A DNA stretch of 64,000 nt from a virus: IMG/VR virus record IMGVR_UViG_3300032213_003144, positions 32,001 through 96,000 of that record; one strand, 5' to 3'. Position numbers and translations under genes: made by a program. Under the pieces are notes generated by a model that made no database searches, was not told the DNA's origin, and saw only the letters and a program-made list of their open reading frames with translations. Positions 27,138 to 36,970 of the stretch are shown in pieces (the first letter of the stretch is position 1; every line of letters starts with the position of its first letter).

Positions 27138-29893
27138 TGGCATCTAATCAGATTCCTGCTGGTCTTACCCCAATAACCCCTGAAGAAGTTCTTTTTGACC
27201 CAGTACAAAAATTAAGAGTTTCTACGCCCCAGGCGTTGATTGACACCGACTTTGAATACGGTACACAGATTTCAAAATGGGAAAACCTCATCACGGTAAA
27301 CAATAGACCGTTCATCTATGACACGGCTGCGCCTATTACCGGCATTACCGCAATTACGATGAGTACATCGTCGAGAACTGTAACAGTATCGCTGCCGAGC
27401 ACTACGGGTATCGCAGTTGGAACACCAATTTCAGTAAGAGACACATTCTTGGCTATTGCCAATGGTAACTACATTGTTGAAGCAGTATCTTCAAACGTTT
27501 CATTTTCGTACACTGCAAAAGCTGTGAACACTGGAACTGTCACATCAATTCTTGACTCCAATAAGACGGTTCTTTATACAGGCGCTCTTTTTACCGGTGC
27601 GGCAATCGGTGGAGCGCCAACGGTTTCGTACGTATCAAACGCAGTAACCGTAACCACAACGGTTCCTCATGGTCTTTCAATTGGCAACGAGGTTGCTATT
27701 ACTGGTGTAACAACAACAGGAACAAACCCTCCAAACGGTTCAAACTTTGTTGCAAGAATCATAAGCGCAACACAGTTTGTTGTTTATGTCCCAGCAACCC
27801 CAACTGGAACATTGACATCTACTTCTGCAGCTGTGTACACATGTCCATCTGGGCTGTTCTTGCATAGACCATTTGACGGCGGTGTTATTTTCACCAACAA
27901 CGGAACATCCAACTACGAGTCAGCGGTTCGACAGACACGTCGTTACTTCCGTTATCAGTCAGGTAAGGGCATTCAGATGTCGTCCGGAACACTGCTCAAG
28001 CCAGACTTGCAACTTGACTCCTTGACATATGCTTCAGGAACAAACTTGGTTACTGTTCAGACAAAGGAAAAGCACAACCTTTACCCAGGTTCAACAATCG
28101 TTGTTTACGGCGCAACAGAAACTGGGTACAACGGAACATTTGTTGTTTACACGATTACTGGTTACAACACCTTTACCTATACCCCAGACTCAACACCGTC
28201 TGCTGCAACAGCTTCTGGTCCGTATTACATAACCGTTTCAAACTGGTATGGAAACGTAAACAGAATCGGTCTATTTGACCAGCAGAACGGTGTATTCTTT
28301 GAGTACGACGGACAAACATTGTGGGCGGTAAAACGTTCATCTACTTTCCAAATTTCAGGAAAAGTGTCAGTTACCTCTGGCGGATGCACGGTTACGCAAA
28401 CAAACGCTGCGTTTCCAACAAGATTCTCAAAGCAACTAGGAATCGGTGACAATATCGTACTAAGAGGTATGTCGTATAGAATTATCGATATTGCAAGCGA
28501 TACATCAATGACCATAAGCCCTGCATTCCGTGGAGCAACATCTGATTACGTTGTTTGTTCAAGAACTGTTGATACAAAAGTTCCACAGTCAGAGTGGAAT
28601 CTTGACAAGTTTGACGGAACGGGTTCTTCTGGTTACAACGTTGACCTTTCAAAGATGCAAATGTTCTACATTGACTACTCTTGGTATGGAGCTGGCTTCA
28701 TCCGTTGGGGCATGCGTGCAACAAACGGAAAAGTAACTTACTGCCACAAGGTTGTGAACAACAACATCAACTCTGAAGCGTACATGCGTTCGGGAAACCT
28801 ACCTGCGCGCTACGAGACAACAGCTCAGCCTCCATTTACAAACTTGGCTGCGTCATTGTCAAACGTTGCAACATCAATGACAGTTGGAAGCACAACAGGG
28901 TTTCCAACAGCTGGAACTCTTGCAATTTTCAATACGGCAACCGGATACGAGTACGTTAACTACACCGGAAAAACAGCAACAACGTTCACTGGATTAACGC
29001 GTCAGCAAACAGGAAACTCATCTCTTGCGATTACGATTGCAGCCAACTCCAACGACGGAACAGTTTCTTCTGCTGCTGGACTCCAGGTCGGTCAGCGCGT
29101 TAACGGAACAGACGTTCCGGACGGAACCTTCATTCAAGCACTTAGCGGAACAAATATCAAGCTGAGTGCCGCAGTAACTGCAGCAAACCCAACTGTAAAC
29201 GTAACCCCAATGGGAACAAATGCCGCTTTGTCTTGGACATACTCAGCAACCAATCCAATTGGTGTTGAACTTGCATTCCCGACATACGCACCATCCATTT
29301 CTCACTGGGGCACATCAGCAATCATGGACGGAAGATACGACGATGATAAATCACTCGTGTTTACGTATGGTTCGGCGACTTCTGTAGTTGTAAACGCTGC
29401 AGCAACAAACTGTTTGCTCGCAATCAGGGTCTCTCCATCAGCGGATAACGGTACGTCTGCAGTATTTGGTGCCCGCGAACTCATCAACAGAATGCAGTTG
29501 GTTCTCAGAAACCTGGATATCACCACGACTACGGCTTCATCAAACCTCTTGGTTACAGTTGTTCTTAACGGAACTCCGTCTACCGGAGCAACTTGGGTCA
29601 AGCCATACACGGTGACATCTTCACTCGCACAGATAGCAGACTACGGTAGCTCCACGGTTACGTTAACTGGTGGTGAAATTACTGGTGGTTTCTTCGTGGG
29701 AACTGGTGCAAACTCGATTGACCTTTCTGCGGTTCGCGACCTTGGCAACTCGGTCTTGGGCGGTGGAACAACATTGAGCAGTCAGGCAATCTACCCAGAT
29801 GGTCCAGATACAGTTCACATTCTTGTACGTAACCTTGGTGCTGCTGCAGCAACAGTGTTTGCCCGTCTTTCATGGACTGAAGCACAGGCCTAA
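27137..29893 (+). CDS. Large virion structural protein (tail-associated)
   Basis: KLRVSTPQALIDTDFEYG, RQTRRYFRYQSGKG, DYSWYGAG-x-IRWG, YMRSGNLPARYE, W-x-EAQA; TVTT-x-x-PHGL beta repeats. Confidence 0.75.
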   Translation: MASNQIPAGLTPITPEEVLFDPVQKLRVSTPQALIDTDFEYGTQISKWENLITVNNRPFIYDTAAPITGITAITMSTSSRTVTVSLPSTTGIAVGTPISVRDTFLAIANGNYIVEAVSSNVSFSYTAKAVNTGTVTSILDSNKTVLYTGALFTGAAIGGAPTVSYVSNAVTVTTTVPHGLSIGNEVAITGVTTTGTNPPNGSNFVARIISATQFVVYVPATPTGTLTSTSAAVYTCPSGLFLHRPFDGGVIFTNNGTSNYESAVRQTRRYFRYQSGKGIQMSSGTLLKPDLQLDSLTYASGTNLVTVQTKEKHNLYPGSTIVVYGATETGYNGTFVVYTITGYNTFTYTPDSTPSAATASGPYYITVSNWYGNVNRIGLFDQQNGVFFEYDGQTLWAVKRSSTFQISGKVSVTSGGCTVTQTNAAFPTRFSKQLGIGDNIVLRGMSYRIIDIASDTSMTISPAFRGATSDYVVCSRTVDTKVPQSEWNLDKFDGTGSSGYNVDLSKMQMFYIDYSWYGAGFIRWGMRATNGKVTYCHKVVNNNINSEAYMRSGNLPARYETTAQPPFTNLAASLSNVATSMTVGSTTGFPTAGTLAIFNTATGYEYVNYTGKTATTFTGLTRQQTGNSSLAITIAANSNDGTVSSAAGLQVGQRVNGTDVPDGTFIQALSGTNIKLSAAVTAANPTVNVTPMGTNAALSWTYSATNPIGVELAFPTYAPSISHWGTSAIMDGRYDDDKSLVFTYGSATSVVVNAAATNCLLAIRVSPSADNGTSAVFGARELINRMQLVLRNLDITTTTASSNLLVTVVLNGTPSTGATWVKPYTVTSSLAQIADYGSSTVTLTGGEITGGFFVGTGANSIDLSAVRDLGNSVLGGGTTLSSQAIYPDGPDTVHILVRNLGAAAATVFARLSWTEAQA

Positions 29894-29895
29894 AT

Positions 29896-30672
29896 ATGCC
29901 AAGTATTGATTTTCCAGCAGGAGCAGCATCAGGGGACCAGCACACAAGCGCCGGCAAGACCTGGACATACAACGGCTCCGGTTGGGTTTTGGTAACGATT
30001 CCAACCGCAATGTTTACTGCTAGTTCTGTCACTGGTACGGCATTGCAAGATGGAACAGTAACTTTGGCAAAAATTGCCTCAGCAACAGCCGGACAAGCTA
30101 TTGTCTACAACTCGTCAAACGTTCCAACAGCAACAACCGTCACAGGAGACGTAACAATTTCTAGTGCTGGCGTTACGGCAATAGCATCTGGCGTGATAGT
30201 CAATGCAGATATCAACGCTTCCGCCGCAATTACTAATACCAAGATTGCTGGGACAGCAGTAACTCTTGCGGATTCTGGAACGGTTACCTCAGCAATGATT
30301 GCTGACTCAACAATAGTTGACGGAGATATAAGTTCATCTGCAGATATTGCTCGCGGAAAGATTGCAGACCTAATCACAAATGCCCAAGGTGCTTCGTATA
30401 CCCTCGTTCTTGCCGACAAAAACAAAGTTGTAGAAATGAATGTTGCTGTAGCAAATAATTTAAGCGTCCCATCAAACACGACTGTTGCATTTCCTATTGG
30501 CACACAAATAATTGTTATCCAAACAGGGGCAGGACAAACAACACTTCTTGGTGATTCTGGCGTAACCATAAATGGAACACCAGGAACAAAACTCCGCGCC
30601 CAGTGGTCTGGCGTGACCCTTATCAAACGAGCGACTAATACGTGGGTTGCACTAGGCGACCTATCGGCATAA
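29896..30672 (+). CDS. Tail fibre adaptor protein
   Basis: VT-x-AKIA / I-x-x-ADI repeats; C-terminal YTLVLAD...FPIGTQI-x-x-x-Q-x-GAGQ-x-T...LRAQWS-x-x-TLIK-x-x-TNTW-x-x-x-GDL domain. Confidence 0.75.
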   Translation: MPSIDFPAGAASGDQHTSAGKTWTYNGSGWVLVTIPTAMFTASSVTGTALQDGTVTLAKIASATAGQAIVYNSSNVPTATTVTGDVTISSAGVTAIASGVIVNADINASAAITNTKIAGTAVTLADSGTVTSAMIADSTIVDGDISSSADIARGKIADLITNAQGASYTLVLADKNKVVEMNVAVANNLSVPSNTTVAFPIGTQIIVIQTGAGQTTLLGDSGVTINGTPGTKLRAQWSGVTLIKRATNTWVALGDLSA

Positions 30673-30675
30673 ACC

Positions 30676-31401
30676 ATGGTTGCACTAAAAGACGTTGGAG
30701 GTAAGGAACCAGGCGCACCAATAAATGTGACCGCCACAAATGGTGCTACTGGAAACGCTATTGTTTCTTTCACTCCAAATGGAACCGGAAAAGGAACCCC
30801 CACATTTCAGGTTCTTTCAAGTGCTGGACACACAGCATCCGGCGCATCTAGCCCCATCACCGTTACCGGCCTAACTGGCGGAACAAGCTATACGTATCAG
30901 GTTAGGTGTGTTTCTAACGGCATCACCGGTCCGTATTCATTGCCGTCGGGAAGTGTTACTTCTGGTTTGGCACCAGGCGCGCCAACTGGTGTTACTGCAA
31001 CGGCAGGCAACGCATTGGCAACAGTTGCATACACTGCTGGTGCCGCTGGAACAACTGCTTCAACATTTACAGCCACCTCAACACCGGGCAGCTTTACTGG
31101 GGTTGGCGCATCTCCGATAACGGTCAGCGGTTTGGCAAACGGAACCCCTTACACATTTACGGTTACCGCATCAAACAGTTTTGGCTCAGCAATATCGGCT
31201 GCATCAAACTCCGTAACTCCAGTAGCGCCCCCATACTTTCCTCCTTACTTCCCACCCTTTTTCCCACCGTTCTTCCCTCCGTTCTTTCCTCCATTCTTTC
31301 CACCGTTCTTCCCTCCATTCTTTCCGCCATTTTTCCCTCCATTCTTCCCTCCATTCTTCCCTCCTTTCTTCCCGCCAGGTTTTGGTCCAGGTTTCAAATA
31401 G
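30676..31401 (+). CDS. Two-FN3-domain protein with a C-terminal (PPxF)n repeat tail
   Basis: PGAP-x-x-VTAT...SPITV-x-GL-x-x-GT-x-YT(Y/F)-x-V occurs twice; ends PPYF x2, PPFF x10, PPGF, GPGFK. Confidence 0.9.
   Translation: MVALKDVGGKEPGAPINVTATNGATGNAIVSFTPNGTGKGTPTFQVLSSAGHTASGASSPITVTGLTGGTSYTYQVRCVSNGITGPYSLPSGSVTSGLAPGAPTGVTATAGNALATVAYTAGAAGTTASTFTATSTPGSFTGVGASPITVSGLANGTPYTFTVTASNSFGSAISAASNSVTPVAPPYFPPYFPPFFPPFFPPFFPPFFPPFFPPFFPPFFPPFFPPFFPPFFPPGFGPGFK
31228..31395 (+). repeat. 12-bp-unit tandem repeat encoding PPYF x2, PPFF x10, PPGF, GPGF
   Basis: Read codon by codon; all four Pro codons and both Phe codons are used. Confidence 0.97.
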
Positions 31402-31415
31402 AAACAAAATAAAAA

Positions 31416-32039
31416 ATGAATTACCGAGAACTGGTTTTTGATTTAGAAAGCCTGCCGTCTGCCGACCCATCAAATATAGTCATCAAAGAAAATTTTATAA
31501 GCATAGAACACCTTGCAGAAATAATGGATTACTGTAAATCTGCAGAGTACTGGGAGTCAAGAAGTCCACTAGGTTCTGACAGTATTCATATGCCAGAATT
31601 CATTCGAAAGAATTCTCCAAAAGTGTTCTCAATCATGCAGCAATACGTGGATAACGTTCAGTATGAAGTTGAATATAAATTTGGTAGGAAACTTGAAAAA
31701 ACACAACCAGGAATACGAAAATGGTATCCAGGCGAGTATCAGGATTTGCATGCTGATGGAGAGACTTCTAGTGGGTGGCCTGGATATAACTACATCGTAG
31801 ATTACGGGTCAATAATTTATTTGAACGAAGAGTACGAAGGCGGAGAGCTATTTTTCCCAAAATATGACCTATGTATTAAACCAAATCCAGGAACTCTGGT
31901 TTTCTTCCCATCAACAAACATGTATGCTCACGGCGTTACGGAAATTATGGATGGGGTAAGGTACACATCCCCACATTTTTGGACACCAGTAAAGCACAGG
32001 CTATTAATGGAAATGGCTGTAATGGATGAGCAAAAATAA
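31416..32039 (+). CDS. 2OG-Fe(II) oxygenase, prolyl-4-hydroxylase-like
   Basis: HAD...YLNEEYEGGELFF...FFPS...HGV...G-x-RY. Confidence 0.92.
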   Translation: MNYRELVFDLESLPSADPSNIVIKENFISIEHLAEIMDYCKSAEYWESRSPLGSDSIHMPEFIRKNSPKVFSIMQQYVDNVQYEVEYKFGRKLEKTQPGIRKWYPGEYQDLHADGETSSGWPGYNYIVDYGSIIYLNEEYEGGELFFPKYDLCIKPNPGTLVFFPSTNMYAHGVTEIMDGVRYTSPHFWTPVKHRLLMEMAVMDEQK

Positions 32040-32781
32040 ACATTTATATTTTTTGCATATACCAAAGACGTCTGGAACAAAGATGCAGCACGACATACTC
32101 GCTGCATCAAAAAGTATAAATAAAGCAAAAGTTTACATACCAGGTGACTTCGAGTTTGTATTTAATCCAGAAATAGCCAATTCGTACAATATAATTTGCG
32201 GGCACTTCGCTCGCAATCCGATAGATGTTATCAATGGACTTACGACCTTCTCGATGATAAGGGAGCCATTTGACCAGTATTTAAGTTTGGCTAAATACGC
32301 AGCCGCACAATCCGGTGTTAAGTTTAGTGAAGAATTTTTAGATTTATTCCTTAGTAATGACAATGAATTCAACACACAGTTCGAAGGTATGTCTGGATGC
32401 GACAACCCTCAGTCTTGTTTTTTATTTTCAAAAATTGCATGTATTGAACATCAATCACCCGTAGATTCGTATGGTAATTTACCTGAATCAAAATATCAAT
32501 CATTTTTTGTGGAAAAGCCAACGTCTTATTCTGAGTTAAGCGAAAGATTGGACGGAATAATGATAGGGACTACAGAAAACAGGGCCCTCCTCGTTGAGAG
32601 AGTAAACAATATTCTATTTAATTTATATGGGATTAAAATGGCGCATAGTAATTCGGTAATCAATTCCACGCCGAAGCCGACATTCAAAATAAGCAAAAAA
32701 CACAAATCGAAGATACTCGAAAAAACCGAAATAGACATCGAGTTGTACACAAAAATAAAAGAACTAGAAAATGAACTTTAG
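32026..32781 (+). CDS. Sulfotransferase-like protein
   Basis: FLHIPKTSGT (5'-PSB loop), GHF, REPFDQYLS (3'-PB), D-x-ELY. Confidence 0.8.
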   Translation: MSKNKHLYFLHIPKTSGTKMQHDILAASKSINKAKVYIPGDFEFVFNPEIANSYNIICGHFARNPIDVINGLTTFSMIREPFDQYLSLAKYAAAQSGVKFSEEFLDLFLSNDNEFNTQFEGMSGCDNPQSCFLFSKIACIEHQSPVDSYGNLPESKYQSFFVEKPTSYSELSERLDGIMIGTTENRALLVERVNNILFNLYGIKMAHSNSVINSTPKPTFKISKKHKSKILEKTEIDIELYTKIKELENEL

Positions 32782-33511
32782 AAAACTATATCACCTGCAC
32801 ATACCAAGGACATCTGGGTTTGGAATTGCTAATGCATTAGAGAAAACATTTTCCAAGCAGGGTTTTGGTCTCCACAAACCAACACAAGATGTAATTTTTT
32901 CCGAAGAGTCATATACTCACTTTCCATACGTATCTGGTCATTTTGCAAAAAATCCGATTGCAAATAATGCAGACGCTTTTGAAGTTTTTTCAATAGTCAG
33001 AGACCCAGTGGAACACTACGTGAGCATTGCCGCACATGTCTCCGAAAGCACCGATTTTGAAATGTCAAACGAATTCATGGACGATTTCATGTATGGAAAT
33101 GTAACCCCTTTTGGGGCCAACGAACTATTCTCAAATTCGGGGAATATACAGTCAAAAATGCTATTTTGCAGGATTGCTTTTGTGGATAAGTCTTTTGTTT
33201 CGCTCAGAGATAGTGATGTTGTAAACGAGAAAAATATGGTTTTTATAGAAAATGACATGCCAAACGAAAATGAAATAAAAGACTTAATTGGTTCCATGAA
33301 TCTATTCGCCCTACCAGATAGGGGGATGGCGATTGATTGGCTCAAAGCAAACGTGCTTAAGTCGCATGGTTTTTCTTTAGATAAATCAATTTATTACATA
33401 ACGAATTGCTCGAAAAAAAACGGGTTTAAACCAGACATAACCCACATAAAGGAAATAAAACGGCGCTCAGAAATAGACGAATACCTATATAGGTTAGTAA
33501 AAGAACGATAA
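32771..33511 (+). CDS. Sulfotransferase-like protein (paralog)
   Basis: HLHIPRTSG, SGHF, RDPVEHYVS, DEYLY. Confidence 0.75.
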   Translation: MNFRKLYHLHIPRTSGFGIANALEKTFSKQGFGLHKPTQDVIFSEESYTHFPYVSGHFAKNPIANNADAFEVFSIVRDPVEHYVSIAAHVSESTDFEMSNEFMDDFMYGNVTPFGANELFSNSGNIQSKMLFCRIAFVDKSFVSLRDSDVVNEKNMVFIENDMPNENEIKDLIGSMNLFALPDRGMAIDWLKANVLKSHGFSLDKSIYYITNCSKKNGFKPDITHIKEIKRRSEIDEYLYRLVKER

Positions 33512-33529
33512 TTTGATAGTGTTGCAAGT

Positions 33530-34156
33530 ATGTCGCCAACCGAAAAATCACCATGGAATATACAGCCAGGACACTTTGGGGATGGTCCAGAGAACATACA
33601 CGTCTTTGAAAATTTTATAGATGAAGAAGATTTAAGGGTTGTTCAAGATTTCTGCCCAACAATAAACGAGTGGAATAACTCAAAAGAGAGCGTTTACGCC
33701 GAAGATGGAACATGCCTTTATAACGCTGATTACTGGAATGACAGGCAATGCAGCAGTGATATTCTACAAAGACTCTCCATGCCGGTTTTTAAAATAATTG
33801 ATAAATATATTACAAAGATGCAGTTAGAGCTTGAGAGAATCTACGACCTACGGTTATCTCCACGCCCACCGGTCATCATGAAGTGGAGGCCAGGAATTGA
33901 ACAGCGGCCTCACGCCGACAAGCAACTCAATAATGGTGAACCAAATGCATTCGTTGACTACGATTTGAATTCTTTGTTTTACTACAACGACGATTTTGAA
34001 GGCGGAGAACTTTATTACCCGCAACACGACTTGACCATAAAACCGAAACCCGGATTGGCTATTGCTCACCCAGGAGACGTTAATTATTTACATGGAGTCA
34101 CCTTGGTTACCAAGGGGTATAGGTACACAACACCATCGTTTTACACTGTGCTGTAA
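33530..34156 (+). CDS. 2OG-Fe(II) oxygenase, prolyl-4-hydroxylase-like
   Basis: HAD...YYNDDFEGGELYY...HGV...G-x-RY. Confidence 0.92.
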   Translation: MSPTEKSPWNIQPGHFGDGPENIHVFENFIDEEDLRVVQDFCPTINEWNNSKESVYAEDGTCLYNADYWNDRQCSSDILQRLSMPVFKIIDKYITKMQLELERIYDLRLSPRPPVIMKWRPGIEQRPHADKQLNNGEPNAFVDYDLNSLFYYNDDFEGGELYYPQHDLTIKPKPGLAIAHPGDVNYLHGVTLVTKGYRYTTPSFYTVL

Positions 34157-34159
34157 GCA

Positions 34160-34687
34160 ATGATTTTAATTCAAAAGAATTTTATAAAACCAAAAGAATC
34201 TGACCTAATCCTTGATTCGATTAAGGAGATAGGTTTGCCGCCCAACCTTGCAGAAGATGACCACTCAACCGGCTATTACAGCAAATCCGCCTTACTAGAG
34301 TCCGACGTCTTCGCATACGGAATATTCAATGAGGTATGCGAGCGAGTTTTGGGTTTAGCAGAAAAAGTATTTGATTTAAGCCTAGAACTAGACCAAGCCA
34401 CCCTCATTAAGGTCATTCCTGGAAATATAAGCGAAGAACACGCGGATAGTCAAAACCTTGACGGAACCCCCAAAACGGGCTGTAGTAATTTTCGTATTTC
34501 GGCAGTTGCGTACCTAAATGATGATTTCACTGGTGGGGACCTAGTTTTCCCGACAATGGAACACAGATACAAACCAGTCCCAGGGGATTGTGTAATATTC
34601 CCAAGTCATTTACAATATAGCCACTATGTGGATAGCGTCTTTAGCGGGGAACGAATAAGTTTGGCAATGTGGTTCTCCGGAGTATGA
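34160..34687 (+). CDS. 2OG-Fe(II) oxygenase, prolyl-4-hydroxylase-like
   Basis: HAD...YLNDDFTGGDL...FPS...H-x-V...GERIS. Confidence 0.92.
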   Translation: MILIQKNFIKPKESDLILDSIKEIGLPPNLAEDDHSTGYYSKSALLESDVFAYGIFNEVCERVLGLAEKVFDLSLELDQATLIKVIPGNISEEHADSQNLDGTPKTGCSNFRISAVAYLNDDFTGGDLVFPTMEHRYKPVPGDCVIFPSHLQYSHYVDSVFSGERISLAMWFSGV

Positions 34688-34694
34688 TGAGACA

Positions 34695-35426
34695 ATGAGA
34701 AACATTGATGTCGAGTACATAGGTGACCCCAAAGCTGGGTTTTTGGTTTATAGAAACATACTTACCGAAGACCTTAGAATTCCAGAACGCCTAGAAGCAA
34801 CAATAGGCGACAGCACCACTCCTCCTTATTCGTGGATGCAGGCCCTTGTCGGTGATGGTCAAGTAATGAAGGATTACAGGGATTGCGTTGACTGCAAGAT
34901 GAGCCCGGCACATTTTCAAAACTGTCCAGAGCAATACTCAGAACTCATCAACATATACAACGACACTGTCGTTGGATTGACTGCTTGCTTGCAAGATTAC
35001 GAATCCAGGTACAACATACGTATGGACTTCATGGAAGCAATCAACTACGTCCGATACAACGAGGGTCAGCACTTCAATGTTCACGCCGACCACGGTTTTT
35101 CATACGTCTGCACCGTGTCTTCGGTCATGTATCTTAACGATGATTACGACGGCGGCGAGCTTTGGTTTCCGTACTTAGATGTTACGTTTAAGCCTAAATA
35201 CGGAGACATAGTTTTATTTCCGTCAACATTCATCTATTCTCATGCATCCAAACCTGTCACCAGGGGAACCAAGTATGCAGCTGTAACCATGTTTGACTAC
35301 AACGACAGGTTCCATAAACAGTGGAAGGGCTACGGCAAGAACATAGACGGAACCGACGCTGAATACGGACCCGGAATCGTTAGCCCAACGGCAAACCAAG
35401 TCGAAAGATTTGTATTCAAAAAATGA
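34695..35426 (+). CDS. 2OG-Fe(II) oxygenase, prolyl-4-hydroxylase-like
   Basis: HADHGFSY...YLNDDYDGGEL...FPS...HAS-x-PV-x-x-GTKY (Lys as 2OG ligand, as in P4Hs). Confidence 0.92.
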   Translation: MRNIDVEYIGDPKAGFLVYRNILTEDLRIPERLEATIGDSTTPPYSWMQALVGDGQVMKDYRDCVDCKMSPAHFQNCPEQYSELINIYNDTVVGLTACLQDYESRYNIRMDFMEAINYVRYNEGQHFNVHADHGFSYVCTVSSVMYLNDDYDGGELWFPYLDVTFKPKYGDIVLFPSTFIYSHASKPVTRGTKYAAVTMFDYNDRFHKQWKGYGKNIDGTDAEYGPGIVSPTANQVERFVFKK

Positions 35427-36124
35427 CAAAATTATTTCTTAAACAAACACATCAGAGCCCACCACTCATACAACAGTCGAGGATTAAGCGTGACTGGATG
35501 GACGCTACTTATAATAAACACGCCTATCAATGTCTTCCAATGACGGTAGCCAATGTGTATGGATGGGAGTTGATTCTCGAAGAGGACCTAGTTGTTCAAT
35601 GGGATGGCGGGAATACTCCACCGACAATTATCTCTGGGGAGACGACCTCCTCTGGTCGGGTTCAGGCAATATCTTCGATAATCGGAATGATTTCAATAAA
35701 TATGGGCTGGGTAATAAATACAGAAGAGGGATACAACACCTGGATTTCTGGTTCGCCGAATTACTTCTTGGACGGAGCGGTTCCATTAACTGCAACAATT
35801 CCTAGTCATTGGTGGCCAGACGAATCCCAGATGAATTGGAAGATAACCAAAATTGGAGAGCCGGTAACATTTGCGGCGGGAACCCCATTTTGTTTTTTTA
35901 ATATCTACGACAACTCGATACTCGAGAATGTTGAGATTGTTCGGTCAAGTCTTTGGAGCGACCCTGAGCTCGTTGCGTCTCGCATGAAATACGGGGAAAT
36001 GAAGGCAAAAAATAATGTTGAAAAGCCGTGGACGTGGACAAAAGGTATTCGTACAGGTCTTGACGCGGACGGTAAACAAATAGGGCCTACATTCACTGGT
36101 CTGCCAAAACTAGCCAATCCATAG
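35423..36124 (+). CDS. DUF6065-like protein
   Basis: RDWMD...HAY-x-CLPM-x-x-AN-x-x-GW...G-x-PN...W...MNWKIT. Confidence 0.75.
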   Translation: MTKLFLKQTHQSPPLIQQSRIKRDWMDATYNKHAYQCLPMTVANVYGWELILEEDLVVQWDGGNTPPTIISGETTSSGRVQAISSIIGMISINMGWVINTEEGYNTWISGSPNYFLDGAVPLTATIPSHWWPDESQMNWKITKIGEPVTFAAGTPFCFFNIYDNSILENVEIVRSSLWSDPELVASRMKYGEMKAKNNVEKPWTWTKGIRTGLDADGKQIGPTFTGLPKLANP

Positions 36125-36169
36125 TGTAAAATATGGGTACTTGTCCAAAACTAGTACGACGGAGCAAAC

Positions 36170-36406
36170 ATGAAATTCGAGTCTTCATTTTCAACGCAAG
36201 AGAAGAAACTTATATATCAGCGCACGCTCAAAGACCTGGAAAGACAGCTCATGGAGAGACTTCTTCAAGAGGGCTTTGACCCAGAGACATTTGATGCCGC
36301 AACGTTTGTCCCAAGTAACGACAGCCACGGCATGATTCAGGGACATAGATTTATTCTTGATTTCTTGGCAAAAATAGGAACTGTCAAATCAAGACTGGAA
36401 GAGTAG
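36170..36406 (+). CDS. Small helical hypothetical protein
   Basis: GGAG RBS; LE-x-x-L...GFDP motif. Confidence 0.65.
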   Translation: MKFESSFSTQEKKLIYQRTLKDLERQLMERLLQEGFDPETFDAATFVPSNDSHGMIQGHRFILDFLAKIGTVKSRLEE

Positions 36407-36415
36407 TATCCACTT

Positions 36416-36649
36416 ATGGCACTTTCTGCAGGACAACTAGCCAAAGCAAAGGCTGAAGCGATTCAAATTCTTGAGTACTCAATCTACACCCTTGCTTTTT
36501 CTCTTGGTATTCAAGACGAAGACCTTCTACCAGACATGGAAAATCCTATAGACATGTCATTGGCGGAGAATAGTTCTCTCGCTGCACAGTACGATGCATA
36601 CGAATGTCTCAAACTGCAATTGGCGGCCCTGGCAAGATTACAGAGTTAG
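36416..36649 (+). CDS. Small helical hypothetical protein
   Basis: TAGTAT-N6-ATG; LEYSI...LGI motif. Confidence 0.65.
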   Translation: MALSAGQLAKAKAEAIQILEYSIYTLAFSLGIQDEDLLPDMENPIDMSLAENSSLAAQYDAYECLKLQLAALARLQS

Positions 36650-36658
36650 CAGGTTGTT

Positions 36659-36970
36659 GTGAGGATAACTCCAGATATTCCGGCAACAATTTCAATTGTA
36701 GAAACTGCCATGGAATCAGGAAGATACGAAATATGTCCTGACATTGAGCCTGAATACCCAAATATTCAGGAGCCAATGCAAAACCCAAACAGAGATAGTC
36801 AGGTCCCTCGTTGGAATCCTAGGTTATTTTCTTTTGAGCTTCCAGATGGGGCTGCATTTTTTTGTGACTTACTTCAATCAAGTGATGCTCAATCACCATG
36901 GGAATCAACACATCAGGGTGATTTTACGAAAAATGAAACAGTAGAGGAGGCTTTCCAGGATGAGAACTAG
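36659..36970 (+). CDS. Hypothetical protein
   Basis: ORF track; lies within the operon. Confidence 0.55.
   Translation: MRITPDIPATISIVETAMESGRYEICPDIEPEYPNIQEPMQNPNRDSQVPRWNPRLFSFELPDGAAFFCDLLQSSDAQSPWESTHQGDFTKNETVEEAFQDEN

Noticed and set aside
31228-31395. Possible CRISPR array or non-coding tandem repeat
   Set aside because: No spacers, 12-bp unit, in frame within a CDS; no cas genes in the window
31163-31473. Antisense ORFs with (WREE/WKE)n or (MEGR)n repeats
   Set aside because: Shadows of the PPFF repeat; variation falls at third codon positions of the + strand frame, which is the conserved one
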